Source: an uncultured Bacillaceae bacterium (GTDB taxonomy: Bacteria > Bacillota > Bacilli > Caldalkalibacillales > Caldalkalibacillaceae). From it: a DNA stretch of 64,000 nucleotides. The translations under genes were made by a program, and so were the position numbers. The stretch is taken from the NCBI GenBank assembly GCA_937927935.1, contig CALFAC010000136.1:835-64834 (forward strand), given 5' to 3'. Below, piece by piece: positions 22,588 through 33,392 of the stretch (within the stretch, counting starts at the first letter, position 1; every line of letters starts with the position of its first letter). The notes beneath the pieces were generated by a model. That model was not told where the DNA came from. It did not search any database and saw nothing but the letters and a program-made list of their open reading frames with translations.

Positions 22588-23973
22588 ATGAGTAGCGCAA
22601 GCGCGGTGGTTTTAGCGGCAGGCAAGGGGACGCGCATGAAGTCCAAGCGGCCCAAGGTGCTCCACCCCCTGTGTGGTCAAGCGATGGTGAAACACGTGCT
22701 GAAAGCGGTGGAGCAGGTAGTGGCTGCCAAAGAGATCTATGTGGTGACCGGATTTGGTGCAGAACAAGTGGAGGCTGAATTGGGCGACAGGTATACTTAT
22801 GTGCGGCAAGAAGAGCAGCTGGGGACCGGCCATGCGGTGATGATGGCCAAAGAATATTTAAAAGAACGTACAGGTGAAACTTTAATCCTGGCTGGAGATA
22901 CCCCTCTGATTGGCGGAGAGACGCTCAAAAACTTACTGGCCATGCACCTTAAGGCGCAAGCAGCCGTGACAATCTTAACGGCGGTTGTGGATGATCCTTT
23001 TGGTTATGGCCGGATTATTCGGGATAAAGATGGCCTGGTTAAAAAAATAGTGGAGCAAAAAGATGCCGATCCAGATGAGCTGCAGGTTAAGGAAATCAAT
23101 GCCGGCATCTATTGTTTTGACACGAAAAAGTTGGTGGCTGCCCTGGGACAAATTACCAATCAAAATGCCCAGGGGGAATACTATCTGACCGACTGCATTG
23201 AGGTTCTACGTCAACAGGGAGAGGCTGTGGCTGCCTATACGGTGTCTGATGTGGATGAAGTGATGGGTGTCAATGACCGCGTCGCCCTGGCCCAGGCGGA
23301 ACGGTTGATGCGGCGGCGCATCAATGAATTTCATATGCGCAACGGGGTTACGCTCGTCGATCCTGAGCAGACCTATATTGATCCCGATGTGCAAATTGGC
23401 CAAGATACCATTATTTATCCGGGTACGATCTTGACCGGTCGCACGGTGATTGGTGACGACTGTCAAATCGGTCCTTTTACCCGCCTCGTGGATACAGAGG
23501 TTGGCTCCGGGGCTCACGTGATTCAATCTGAAGGGCGCCAAGCGGTCATTGGCGCTAAAACCACCGTGGGACCTTACGCCTACTTAAGACCAGGTGCGGT
23601 TATAGGAGATAACTGCCGCATCGGTCACTTTGTGGAAATTAAAAACAGTCGCATCGGTGATGAGTCTAAAATCCCCCATTTGAGTTATGTGGGTGACGCT
23701 GATATCGGCCGCCAGGTAAATTGGGGTTGCGGTTCCATAACGGTGAACTATGACGGAAAACAGAAACATCGCACGATTGTGGCTGATCACAGTTTTATCG
23801 GATGCAATGTGAACTTGGTTGCTCCCGTGACGGTTGGCCAAAATGCTTATATTGCGGCAGGCTCCACCATCACCTGTCCTGTGCCTGCCAATAGCCTGGC
23901 CATAGCTCGCCAGAGGGAAACCATCAAGGAAGATTATGTCTTGAAACGCTGGAAAAAAGAGAACAAAGAATAA
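22588..23973 (+). CDS. glmU: bifunctional UDP-GlcNAc pyrophosphorylase / GlcN-1-P acetyltransferase
   Basis: [12 protein letters not shown]-terminal motif and C-terminal hexapeptide-repeat left-handed beta-helix. Confidence 0.95.
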   Translation: MSSASAVVLAAGKGTRMKSKRPKVLHPLCGQAMVKHVLKAVEQVVAAKEIYVVTGFGAEQVEAELGDRYTYVRQEEQLGTGHAVMMAKEYLKERTGETLILAGDTPLIGGETLKNLLAMHLKAQAAVTILTAVVDDPFGYGRIIRDKDGLVKKIVEQKDADPDELQVKEINAGIYCFDTKKLVAALGQITNQNAQGEYYLTDCIEVLRQQGEAVAAYTVSDVDEVMGVNDRVALAQAERLMRRRINEFHMRNGVTLVDPEQTYIDPDVQIGQDTIIYPGTILTGRTVIGDDCQIGPFTRLVDTEVGSGAHVIQSEGRQAVIGAKTTVGPYAYLRPGAVIGDNCRIGHFVEIKNSRIGDESKIPHLSYVGDADIGRQVNWGCGSITVNYDGKQKHRTIVADHSFIGCNVNLVAPVTVGQNAYIAAGSTITCPVPANSLAIARQRETIKEDYVLKRWKKENKE

Positions 23974-24035
23974 GGTCTACTGGCAATCATTTTGTTAGAC
24001 ACTTCACTATACACTTTGGAGGTTTAAGGGAAACG

Positions 24036-24989
24036 ATGATGGCATATTACCGCGACCCGAAACTAAAGGTGTTTACCTGCAATTCCAATCCTGCTTTAGC
24101 TGAATCCATCTGTCGCCATATCGGCGTAACCTTGGGAAAGGCAAATGTTTCCCGGTTTAGCGATGGCGAAATTCAGATCCATATCAATGAGAGCGTCCGT
24201 GGCGCAGATGTGTTTGTAATTCAGTCCACCAGCGAACCTGTTAATGAACATTTGATGGAGCTTTTGGTCATGGTGGATGCTTTAAAGCGGGCCTCAGCGA
24301 AAAGCATCAATTGTGTGATCCCTTATTACGGCTATGCCCGCCAAGACCGGAAAGCGCGGGCGAGAGACCCCATCACCGCCAAGCTGGTGGCCAACCTGAT
24401 TGAAACGGCTGGCGCCTCCCGGCTGATCACCATGGATTTGCACGCCACTCAGATTCAGGGATTTTTTGACATTCCTGTTGACCATCTGTTGGGGGTCCCC
24501 ATTCTGACTGAATATTTTCTGGAAAAAGAGCTGGAAGATGTGGTGGTGGTCTCCCCTGACCATGGTGGGGTGACCCGGGCCAGAAGATTGGCTGAGCGCT
24601 TAAAAGCCCCCATTGCCATTATTGATAAAAGGCGGCCCAGACCCAATGTGGCCGAAGTGATGAACATCGTGGGGGCCATTGAGGGGAAAACCTGCATTTT
24701 GATCGATGATATTATTGATACGGCTGGAACGATTACGCTGGCAGCCAACGCCCTGTTGGAAAATGGGGCCAAAGAGGTGTATGCCTGCTGTACCCATCCC
24801 GTTTTATCCGGGCCAGCCATTGAGCGCATCGCTGCCTCTTCCCTCAAGGAATTGGTGGTGACGGACACCATTGCTTTAGCTCCTGAAAAGCGACTGGATA
24901 AGATCAAGGTGCTTTCAGTTGCTCCTCTGTTGAGCGAAGCGATCATCCGGGTGCACGAACAACTTTCAGTCAGCCGTCTGTTTACATAA
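24036..24989 (+). CDS. prs: ribose-phosphate pyrophosphokinase
   Basis: [11 protein letters not shown] and the PRPP loop [12 protein letters not shown]. Confidence 0.95.
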   Translation: MMAYYRDPKLKVFTCNSNPALAESICRHIGVTLGKANVSRFSDGEIQIHINESVRGADVFVIQSTSEPVNEHLMELLVMVDALKRASAKSINCVIPYYGYARQDRKARARDPITAKLVANLIETAGASRLITMDLHATQIQGFFDIPVDHLLGVPILTEYFLEKELEDVVVVSPDHGGVTRARRLAERLKAPIAIIDKRRPRPNVAEVMNIVGAIEGKTCILIDDIIDTAGTITLAANALLENGAKEVYACCTHPVLSGPAIERIAASSLKELVVTDTIALAPEKRLDKIKVLSVAPLLSEAIIRVHEQLSVSRLFT

Positions 24990-25147
24990 TTTTGACGGCG
25001 GGTAGCATCATGGAAAGGGTGGCAGTTGGCAAACGAAGGAAACAATTGAATAAGAAGAGTACAATTGATAAAAAGAGTGATGTTTAATCTGTGGACACAG
25101 GCGTAACCGTTTTCGGTTGCGCCTAAAGCGCTTGGGGAGGTGAGGCG

Positions 25148-25717
25148 TTGAGACTGGTGGTTGGCTTGGGAAATCCCGGGGATCGTTATCAAGAGACCCG
25201 GCACAACATTGGTTTCATGGTAATTGATGAAGCGGCCAGGCAGTTTGAAGCCCGTTGGCGGGAAAAAGGAAAAAGCATGGTAGCGGAACTTTCCCATTCG
25301 GGAGAGAAGATCATTTTGCTTAAGCCCCTCACGTTTATGAATCTTAGCGGCTTAGCTGTGGCTGAAGCAGTTCGGTACTGGTCGTGTCCCCTTGAAAACC
25401 TCTTGGTGATTTATGACGACTTAGATCTGCCCTTTGGCCGCTTAAGGTTGCGTTTAAAAGGGGGGCATGGCGGCCATAATGGCATCCGTTCCATCCTTGA
25501 TACGCTGGGTGAAGAACACTTTAAACGTCTTAAAGTGGGAATTGGCCGGCCAGTCGATGGGGATGTGACGCGACATGTGCTTTCCCCTTTTACCGCTCAG
25601 GAAAAAAGCCGGCTGGATGAAGTGATCAAAACGGCAGGCGAAGCGGTGGCCCAGTATATTGCCGGGCATGATTTTAACCGGTTGATGAATAAATATAATC
25701 AAGCCGCTTCCAGTTAA
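25148..25717 (+). CDS. pth: peptidyl-tRNA hydrolase
   Basis: VGLGNPG..Y..TRHNIGF signature. TTG start follows GGGGAGGTG. Confidence 0.95.
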   Translation: MRLVVGLGNPGDRYQETRHNIGFMVIDEAARQFEARWREKGKSMVAELSHSGEKIILLKPLTFMNLSGLAVAEAVRYWSCPLENLLVIYDDLDLPFGRLRLRLKGGHGGHNGIRSILDTLGEEHFKRLKVGIGRPVDGDVTRHVLSPFTAQEKSRLDEVIKTAGEAVAQYIAGHDFNRLMNKYNQAASS

Positions 25718-25825
25718 CGCCGATGGAGTGGCCAGCCTGGCTGATCCGCCTGATCCACCACGGGAATGATTTGCCCAAAAAGGAGGCATACTATTAAAAA
25801 AGTTGGTGATATCAGGAGGATCATT

Positions 25826-26053
25826 ATGGCCATCTGTTACGTCTGTCGCTATTGCGGAATGAAGCTGGGGGAAATTAATGCTCCGGTTTCGGAACAGGAA
25901 CTGGGCTTTCACACCTTAACCCCTGAAGAACGGAAAGATATATTGCGATACAGTGAAAGCGGCGATATTGTGGCTCAGGTCACATGTGAACATTGTCAGG
26001 AAAGCATCGAGCGTAATCCTGAATGGGTACTTTTGCATAAGATACATCAGTAG
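25826..26053 (+). CDS. fin: anti-sigma-F factor Fin (YabK)
   Basis: MAICYVCRYCG...LGFHTLTPEERKD...CEHCQESIERNP matches the remembered B. subtilis Fin (two CxxC pairs). Position pth-fin-mfd. ATG follows AGGAGG. Confidence 0.8.
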   Translation: MAICYVCRYCGMKLGEINAPVSEQELGFHTLTPEERKDILRYSESGDIVAQVTCEHCQESIERNPEWVLLHKIHQ

Positions 26054-26122
26054 CGCTCCCAGTAGCGCACTTAAGATTGATTGGCTGGACGGTCCCTTAT
26101 GGGGAACGGAGAGGAGGACGAA

Positions 26123-29100
26123 ATGAACGAGCTGATTCAGATTTTTAGTCAGGGAAACGAATTTCAAAACATTTCTAAAGCGGTGGCCAGCGGCATTAAA
26201 GAACAGCTGGTCACAGGGTTAAACGGTTCATCCCGAACCCTCTTCATGAGCGCCCTGTATAAAGCGCATCACACATCCCAACTGATTGTGACCCATAACC
26301 TGCACCAGGCTCAAAAGATTTATGAGGATTTAATAGAATGGCTGGATGAAGAGCACGTTTTTCTCTTTCCCGTCAATGAATTAATCGCTTCCGAAATTGC
26401 TGCGGCCAGCCCTGAATTTAAACGACAGCGGCTGGTCGCTTTAAATAAATTGATCGCTCGGGAAAAAGTGATTGTGGTGGCCCCTTTGTCTGGGGCTAAA
26501 CGTTTGTTGCCCCCTCCCTCGGTTTGGGAGCGGGCCCAATTGTCGTTTGCGCCGGGAAATGAAGTGGATCTGGATGCGCTTAAGGAAAAACTATTGATCA
26601 TGGGCTACAAGCGGGTGGAAATGGTAGAGTCAGAAGGCGAATATAGCATTCGGGGCGGCATCGTGGATATCTATCCTCCTGGCGGAGATCCGGTCCGCCT
26701 GGAACTTTTTGATATAGAGATAGAGTCCATACGCCTGTTTAATCCCGAAACTCAGCGTTCTGAGGACGAACTTGATCAAGTGACGGTGGGGCCGGCTGTG
26801 GAATGGGTGCTGTTTGAAGAACATTTTCGCTGGGGCGCCCAGCAGGTGGAACAAGCCCTGGCCCGTCAGCTGGCCAAAACCAGAGATCCGGACATTAAAG
26901 CTAGATTAAATGAGCAGATCGGCTTCGACTTGGAACAGCTGCATCAAAAGACGCTCTTTCAAGGCATCTACAAGTATATATCTTTTTTTTACGGCCAGCG
27001 GACCACCTTGGTCGATTATTTTGAACCCGGCTCCATTGTGATCTTGGATGAGCCCACCCGCTTGGCAGAGGCGGAAACAGGATTTAAGCGGGAAGAGCAG
27101 GAATGGCTGGACTCCATGTTGCAAGCGGGAGAGTTTTTGCCGGAGATGACCACCTCTGTTCCCTTGGAAACGTGGAAGGAAAGGGTTAAAAAGCCCATCA
27201 TCTATCTTTCCCTCTTCTTGCGGCAAATTCCCCATGCCCAGCCCGAAAACATCGTCCACTTCACCTCCAAGCCCATGCAAAACTTTCACGGCCAGTTCCC
27301 TGTCTTAAAAACTGAGATTGAACGGTGGCACAAAAACGGGTATCGCCTTGTTTTTTTGGCTGGGGATAAAGAAAGGCAGGAGCGCATGCTGCGCATCTTA
27401 GACGACTTTAATATTGAAGCCCGCAAGATGGAGCAAGAGGGTGACACTTTATCGGGCAGCGTTCCCGTGGTGGCGGTAGGCCGCCTCGCCTCAGGCTTTG
27501 AACTGCCCACCTACCGGCTGGCTGTGGTGACGGAAAGCGAGCTGTTTACCCAGCAGAAAAAGCGGAAAACAAAGGCCCAAACCCAGATGGCCAATGCCGA
27601 GCGGATCAAAAGTTACACCGACCTGCAGGAAGGCGATTATGTGGTCCATGTGAATCACGGCATCGGTCGTTATTTGGGCATCAAAACGTTGGAAATTAAT
27701 GGGGCCCACAAAGATTATCTGCATATTCAGTATGCGGGTAACGATAAATTGTATGTGCCGGTGGACAATATTGATCAGGTTCAAAAGTATTTGGGCAGCG
27801 AGGATAAAGAACCCAAACTGTATCAATTGGGGGGCAACGAGTGGAAACGGGTGAAGGCCCGGGTGCGTTCATCCGTGCAAGATATTGCCGAGCATTTGAT
27901 CAAACTGTATGCCAAGCGGGAAGCGACGCCAGGCTATGCGTTCAGCCCCGATACGGAAATTCATCGGGAATTTGACTCTCTCTTCCCCTATGAAGAGACG
28001 CCAGACCAGAAGCGGGCCATCGAAGAGATCAAGCGGGATATGGAAAAACCCCGCCCTATGGACCGCCTGCTGTGCGGGGATGTGGGCTACGGTAAAACGG
28101 AGGTGGCCATTCGGGCTGCCTTTAAAGCGGTGATGGATGGCAAGCAGGTGGCGGTGCTGGTGCCCACCACCATTTTGGCCCAGCAGCATTATGAAACATT
28201 TAAGGAACGTTTCCATGAGTTTCCAGTGGAAATCGATGTACTCAGCCGTTTTCGCACCAGAAAAGAGCAGAACGCTACCGTCAAAAAGGTGAACAGCGGC
28301 TTGGTGGACATTGTGATTGGCACCCACCGTCTTCTTTCCAAAGATGTGAAATTTAAAGATTTAGGTCTCTTGATTGTGGATGAGGAGCAGCGCTTTGGCG
28401 TCACCCATAAGGAAAAAATTAAGCAGCTGAAGGCCAATGTGGATGTGTTAACCTTGACAGCCACTCCCATCCCCCGCACCCTGCATATGTCCATGCTGGG
28501 CGTGCGCGACTTATCAGTTATAGAGACCCCACCTGAAAACCGCTTCCCGGTCCAAACATATGTTTTGGAATATCAGGGTGTCGTGGTGCGGGAAGCGATT
28601 GAACGGGAGTTGGCCCGGGGTGGACAGGTGTATTTTGTCTATAACTATGTGCAGGGCATTGAACGCAAAGCGGAAGAGATCCGAGCGCTGGTGCCTGATG
28701 CTCGGGTGGCGGTGGCCCATGGCCAGATGAAGGAGACGGAGCTGGAAGCCATCATGCTTGATTTTCTGGATGGCGAATATGATGTATTGGTTAGCACCAC
28801 CATCATTGAGACGGGGATGGATATTCCCAACGTGAACACATTGATTGTGTATGATGCGGATAAAATGGGCCTCTCCCAGCTGTACCAGCTCAGGGGGCGC
28901 GTGGGTCGCTCCAACCGGACCGCCTATGCCTACTTTACCTATCAGCGGGGCAAGGCTTTGTCGGAAGTGGCGGAAAAACGTTTGGAAGCCATTAAAGAAT
29001 TTACGGAGTTGGGCTCCGGTTTTAAAATTGCCATGCGGGACTTGGCCATTCGGGGAGCAGGTAACCTGTTGGGAGCCGAGCAACACGGCTTTATCAATTC

Positions 29101-29704
29101 CGTGGGCTTCGACTTGTATACCCAAATGTTGAAAGAGGCGATTCAAAACTTAAAAGGGGAAAAACCGGAAGAAACCCCTGTAGAGTTGGAGATGGATGTG
29201 CATGTGGACGCCTATATCCCCACGGAATACGTTGAGGATGGCAAGCAAAAGATTGAAATGTACAAAAAAGTGGCCTTGGCCCTGACGCTGGATGAGATTA
29301 AGGAGCTGGAAGATGAATTTGAGGATCGTTTTGGTCCTCTGCCCGATCCGGTTCACCGGCTGTTAAATTTGGCTCGGATCAAATCTTTGGCCAAGCAGCT
29401 GAAAATGAACACCATCACCTTAAAAAATGATGTCTTAAAACTTTTGTTCCATCCTTCTCAATCCAACAAAATTAACGGCAGCCGCCTGTTTCAGCTGGTC
29501 AGCGCCTACGGGCGTAAAGTGGGGCTCATTTCCGATCTGCAAATCGGGTTGTCCATTAAAGTGAAGGGGATGGAGGAGAACGAGTGGCTAGAGATGGTGA
29601 TTGAACTTTTGACCCAACTGGTGGAGGGTCACATTTTTAAGGAGGAAGAGCGTCACGACGCAGGCTCTGCCACAGCAGATGCTGGCCAAAGTAAGGCTTT
29701 GTAG
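26123..29704 (+). CDS. mfd: transcription-repair coupling factor
   Basis: UvrB-homology N-terminus, CarD/TRCF RNAP-interaction domain (GDYVVHVNHGIGRY), and SF2 motifs GDVGYGKTEVA, DEEQRFG, TATPIPRT. ATG 26123 follows GAGGAGG. Confidence 0.96.
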   Translation: MNELIQIFSQGNEFQNISKAVASGIKEQLVTGLNGSSRTLFMSALYKAHHTSQLIVTHNLHQAQKIYEDLIEWLDEEHVFLFPVNELIASEIAAASPEFKRQRLVALNKLIAREKVIVVAPLSGAKRLLPPPSVWERAQLSFAPGNEVDLDALKEKLLIMGYKRVEMVESEGEYSIRGGIVDIYPPGGDPVRLELFDIEIESIRLFNPETQRSEDELDQVTVGPAVEWVLFEEHFRWGAQQVEQALARQLAKTRDPDIKARLNEQIGFDLEQLHQKTLFQGIYKYISFFYGQRTTLVDYFEPGSIVILDEPTRLAEAETGFKREEQEWLDSMLQAGEFLPEMTTSVPLETWKERVKKPIIYLSLFLRQIPHAQPENIVHFTSKPMQNFHGQFPVLKTEIERWHKNGYRLVFLAGDKERQERMLRILDDFNIEARKMEQEGDTLSGSVPVVAVGRLASGFELPTYRLAVVTESELFTQQKKRKTKAQTQMANAERIKSYTDLQEGDYVVHVNHGIGRYLGIKTLEINGAHKDYLHIQYAGNDKLYVPVDNIDQVQKYLGSEDKEPKLYQLGGNEWKRVKARVRSSVQDIAEHLIKLYAKREATPGYAFSPDTEIHREFDSLFPYEETPDQKRAIEEIKRDMEKPRPMDRLLCGDVGYGKTEVAIRAAFKAVMDGKQVAVLVPTTILAQQHYETFKERFHEFPVEIDVLSRFRTRKEQNATVKKVNSGLVDIVIGTHRLLSKDVKFKDLGLLIVDEEQRFGVTHKEKIKQLKANVDVLTLTATPIPRTLHMSMLGVRDLSVIETPPENRFPVQTYVLEYQGVVVREAIERELARGGQVYFVYNYVQGIERKAEEIRALVPDARVAVAHGQMKETELEAIMLDFLDGEYDVLVSTTIIETGMDIPNVNTLIVYDADKMGLSQLYQLRGRVGRSNRTAYAYFTYQRGKALSEVAEKRLEAIKEFTELGSGFKIAMRDLAIRGAGNLLGAEQHGFINSVGFDLYTQMLKEAIQNLKGEKPEETPVELEMDVHVDAYIPTEYVEDGKQKIEMYKKVALALTLDEIKELEDEFEDRFGPLPDPVHRLLNLARIKSLAKQLKMNTITLKNDVLKLLFHPSQSNKINGSRLFQLVSAYGRKVGLISDLQIGLSIKVKGMEENEWLEMVIELLTQLVEGHIFKEEERHDAGSATADAGQSKAL

Positions 29705-29874
29705 CCCGTCTTGTCTTGCGGCGCCATCATGAACCTCACCTTCATCGTCCCTTTTTCTTTTGGCAAAATGTATAGGATTAGCCTTTTAACAAATAATATG
29801 GAAAAGTTATCTTTTACTTTAAAAGCAACTAAACATCAAGAGGCATCCTAACAGAAAGAGAGGGCGTCAAGGTT

Positions 29875-30417
29875 ATGAAAGCAACTGGAATTGTACGTCG
29901 CATAGATGATCTGGGCAGAGTGGTTATTCCGAAGGAAATTCGTCGGACGCTTCGCATTCGGGAAGGTGATCCCCTAGAGATATTTGTCGATCGAGAAGGG
30001 GAAGTGATTCTCAAAAAATATTCCCCCATCGGGGAGCTGGGTGATTTTGCTCAGGAATATGCTGATTCCCTGTATGAAAGCTTAAACCATATCACCCTGA
30101 TCTCCGACCGGGATTCCATCATCGCCGTTTCGGGGGCTTCCAAAAAAACGTATATGGACAAGACGATCGGCGACATCGTGGAATCCAGCATGCACGACAG
30201 ACGCACCATTGTTCAAAATACCTCAGGCACCTATGAGTTGTGTAAAGATATGCAGGAGCAGTACGCCTCCTTTTGCATCGCCCCCATTGTGGCGGGTGGA
30301 GACCCGATCGGTGCCGTCATTTTGCTCAACACAAAAGAAGGCGTCTCCATGGGAGAAGTGGAGGTCAAACTGGCTGAAACGGCCGCCGGCTTTTTAGCCA
30401 AACAAATGGAACAATAA
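29875..30417 (+). CDS. spoVT: stage V sporulation regulator SpoVT (AbrB-type N-domain plus GAF-like C-domain)
   Basis: MKATGIVRRIDDLGRVVIPKEIRRTLRIREGDPLEIFVDREGEVILKKYSP is near-identical to the SpoVT N-terminus. Confidence 0.92.
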   Translation: MKATGIVRRIDDLGRVVIPKEIRRTLRIREGDPLEIFVDREGEVILKKYSPIGELGDFAQEYADSLYESLNHITLISDRDSIIAVSGASKKTYMDKTIGDIVESSMHDRRTIVQNTSGTYELCKDMQEQYASFCIAPIVAGGDPIGAVILLNTKEGVSMGEVEVKLAETAAGFLAKQMEQ

Positions 30418-30449
30418 GACTGTTGACTCGTTCAGCAGTCTTTTTTTTT
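30418..30449 (+). terminator. intrinsic terminator after spoVT
   Basis: GACTGTTGA-CTCG-TTCAGCAGTC hairpin followed by T9. Confidence 0.75.
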
Positions 30450-30552
30450 ATAGGCGACAGGAAAATGAAGGAAGGGCCAAAATAAACAGGAATGGAGAAA
30501 ATTGGTTTGTGTTATAATGTGGACAGCAGAAAAAGGCGAGAGGAGTTTGCCC

Positions 30553-32214
30553 ATGAGCGGGCCTAATCCGATACAACAGTTGATGAAAGGCACTTTTGTT
30601 TTGGCCCTGGCCGCCTTTTTATCAAAACTTTTAGGTGTGATCTATAAAATCCCGTATCAAAACATCACTCAAGATATGGGGTTTTACGTTTATGAACAAG
30701 TGTATCCCATCTATATGATTTTGCTTACTTTGGCCACGGCCGGTGTCCCCGTGGCCATCTCTAAGCTGGTGGCCGAAAGACTTGCTTTTCAGGATCACGC
30801 AGGGGCCCGCAAAGTGTTTAAAGCGGCCGCCTTGTTGCTCACATTAACGGGCTTTTTGTTTTTTTCGGCCCTTTTTTTGGGCGCACCCCTGGTGGCCGCC
30901 ATCCTGTATGATCCTCAACTCACGCTGGCTATTCAAAGCGTCTCCTTTGCCTTGCTGGTGGTCCCGGTGATGGCTGCCATCCGGGGCTATTTTCAGGGAC
31001 ATCAAAATATGGTGCCTACCGCCGTCTCCCAGGTGGTGGAACAGATCGTTCGGGTGGCCACCATTATTTGGCTCAGCTACTGGCTGATCTCCAACCAGTA
31101 TGACGCTTACCATGCTGGCGCCGGCGCCGTGTTTGGCGCCTTTACTGGTGCGGTGGCCGCCTTGGTGGTGCTATTGATCTATTGGAGAAAAAATAAAAAG
31201 AGTGAGGTGGCCGCCACAGTTGAGCAGCCTGCTAGTGAAGCGGGGGATATGGTCCCGTCCTATCAGGCGGTGGGTTACTGGACCATTATCCGCAAAATTG
31301 TGGCCTACGCTGTGCCCATCAGTTTGGGGGCCCTGGTTTTACCCCTCTTTCAGCTGATGGACAGCCTCACCATCCCCCATATGCTCACCCTTTCCGGGTG
31401 GGAGCACGAACTGGCCAAAAATGAGCGGGGGGTGTATGCCCGGGGGCATCCCTTGGTTCAGTTTGCCGCTTTCTTTGCCACCGCCTTGTCCTTGGCTTTG
31501 GTCCCCTCCATCTCTGAAGCGAAAGCCCAAAACAAGGTGCGGCAGATCGTCAGCCGAACGCAAGTCGCCTTAAAGGTTACTTTTTTGGTGGGTTTAGGAG
31601 CCGCTGTCGGCTTGGCCGTATTGGCGCGCCCCATCAACGTCATGTTTTATATTACGGACGCCGGCAGCACCACCATCAGTGTTTTAGCTTTTGTCACCAT
31701 TTTTTCCACCTTGTCCATGACCTCAGGAGCGGTGCTGCAAGGCATGGGTTATGTCACCCTGCCGGCCCGCCACCTTTTTATTGGTGTAGGCGTTAAATCC
31801 ATCCTAAATATTGCCTTGCTCCCCTTTTTCGGCATCACCGGCGCCGCCTTGGCGTCGGTGGTCGGATACTTTACCGCCGCCAGCCTAAACATCCGCACCT
31901 TAAGGCGGATGTTGCCTCTGCCCAGGATCACCGGGCAGGCTGTGTCGCGCCCCGCGGTGGCGGTCCTGATCATGGGAGCGGTGGTATGGATGGTTAAGGG
32001 GAGCCTCTTCGTGGCGCTAGATGGGCTGATTGGTCACGAGCGCCTGTTAAATTTGGCAGTGACCCTTTTATCGATTCCGGTAGGTGTTTTTGTTTACGCT
32101 CTCTTTTTACTTCGCTTCAACATGATTACCCGTCAGGAACTGGCCATACTTCCCCGAGGGGAGCGACTCATTAGGCTCCTGGAAAAATTGAAGATTATCC
32201 GCAAGGAGAGATGA
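30553..32214 (+). CDS. yabM: MOP-superfamily polysaccharide/lipid II flippase (YabM, SpoVB/MurJ-like)
   Basis: Polytopic membrane protein with about 14 TM segments. Position spoVT-yabM-yabN. ATG 30553 follows GAGGAG. Confidence 0.85.
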   Translation: MSGPNPIQQLMKGTFVLALAAFLSKLLGVIYKIPYQNITQDMGFYVYEQVYPIYMILLTLATAGVPVAISKLVAERLAFQDHAGARKVFKAAALLLTLTGFLFFSALFLGAPLVAAILYDPQLTLAIQSVSFALLVVPVMAAIRGYFQGHQNMVPTAVSQVVEQIVRVATIIWLSYWLISNQYDAYHAGAGAVFGAFTGAVAALVVLLIYWRKNKKSEVAATVEQPASEAGDMVPSYQAVGYWTIIRKIVAYAVPISLGALVLPLFQLMDSLTIPHMLTLSGWEHELAKNERGVYARGHPLVQFAAFFATALSLALVPSISEAKAQNKVRQIVSRTQVALKVTFLVGLGAAVGLAVLARPINVMFYITDAGSTTISVLAFVTIFSTLSMTSGAVLQGMGYVTLPARHLFIGVGVKSILNIALLPFFGITGAALASVVGYFTAASLNIRTLRRMLPLPRITGQAVSRPAVAVLIMGAVVWMVKGSLFVALDGLIGHERLLNLAVTLLSIPVGVFVYALFLLRFNMITRQELAILPRGERLIRLLEKLKIIRKER

Positions 32215-33293
32215 TGATGGCGGTGATCCATGTCATGGGCCTCGGCCCAGGAACAAAAAGGGATCTTACCCTGGGTGTCTATCAGCAGATCAAAAGCGCC
32301 CATCCCCTTTATGTGCGAACCAAGCAGCATCCTGTGGTGGACGAGCTGCTGGCGGAAGGGGTTGCCATTGTTTCTTTCGATCACATCTACGAAGAGGAGA
32401 CAGACTTTCAACAGGTGTATGCCAAGATTGTCTCCTTTTTACTGGCTAAAGCAGAAGAGGAAGGGACGATCTATTATGCGGTGCCCGGCCATCCCTTGGT
32501 GGCGGAACAAACGGTACGCATGTTGATCGAGGAAGGAAAAAAAGGGCGCGTGGAAGTGCGCATAGAGGGAGGGCAAAGTTTCCTGGACCCTTTGTTTGCG
32601 CGTTTACAGCTTGATCCCAATGACGGCTGCCTCATTTTGGATGGCACCGCCCTCAAAGTGGAACAGCTTAATCCCACCACGCACCATATTATCACCCAGG
32701 TGTATGACCGTTTTGTGGCTTCTGACGTTAAACTCACTTTAATGGAGCTTTACCCCGATGAATATGAGGTCGTCTTAGCCCAGGCCGTGGGCGTCGCCTC
32801 CAAGGAAGTGATTCGCCCCCTGCCTTTATATGAGCTGGACCGGGTGGTAACCACCGACAACCTCACCTGTGTCTATGTTCCTCCGGCCAGCGATGAAGCG
32901 GTTCTCAACCGCTGGTATTTTCAATCCAGAGCTATTTTTAGAACGCTAAGGGGACCGGAAGGATGTCCCTGGGATCGCAAACAAACGCATCAATCTTTGC
33001 GCAAATATGTTTTGGAAGAGGCCCAGGAGGTGTTGGCCGCCATCGATCAGGGGGATCCGGAGCATTTGAAGGAGGAATTGGGCGATCTGCTGTTGCAGGT
33101 TTTTCTCCACGCCCAAATTGCTGAGGAGGCGGGTCATTTCAACATGGAGGACGTTTTGGAAGCCTTAAATGAAAAGATGATTCGGCGTCATCCCCATGTG
33201 TTTGGGCCTCTGAAAGGACAGATTAAAGATGAGGAGGGTGTGAAAGAGATTTGGCAGCGAGTGAAGCAAGAGGAAAAAGGGGAGGAAAAATAG
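32211..33293 (+). CDS. yabN: YabN-like protein: tetrapyrrole-methylase-like domain fused to a single MazG NTP-pyrophosphohydrolase domain
   Basis: N-terminal VIHVMGLGPG methylase-like fold. One MazG domain (EEAQEVLAAI...ELGDLLLQVF...RRHPHVF). Confidence 0.85.
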   Translation: MMMAVIHVMGLGPGTKRDLTLGVYQQIKSAHPLYVRTKQHPVVDELLAEGVAIVSFDHIYEEETDFQQVYAKIVSFLLAKAEEEGTIYYAVPGHPLVAEQTVRMLIEEGKKGRVEVRIEGGQSFLDPLFARLQLDPNDGCLILDGTALKVEQLNPTTHHIITQVYDRFVASDVKLTLMELYPDEYEVVLAQAVGVASKEVIRPLPLYELDRVVTTDNLTCVYVPPASDEAVLNRWYFQSRAIFRTLRGPEGCPWDRKQTHQSLRKYVLEEAQEVLAAIDQGDPEHLKEELGDLLLQVFLHAQIAEEAGHFNMEDVLEALNEKMIRRHPHVFGPLKGQIKDEEGVKEIWQRVKQEEKGEEK

Positions 33294-33392
33294 CATAAAA
33301 CAGGGCTGGATTTTTATATTTTTTTGTAAAGAAGGCAGGAAAATTGAAATAAAGGACGAAATAAGAAATAGATGAAAAGGGAGGTTAATACA

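Noticed and set aside
24455-25297. 280-aa - strand ORF, the longest antisense ORF in the window
   Set aside because: It is antisense to the highly conserved prs gene and the pth start. It has low-complexity Ser/Thr/Ala-rich composition, no SD, and no recognisable domain. Other long antisense ORFs were rejected on the same logic: 28514-29146 and 27869-28327 (mfd), 43247-44214 (ftsH), 38610-39283 (yabS), 48645-49142 (dusB), 55640-56044 (LysR) and 15377-15775 (metS).
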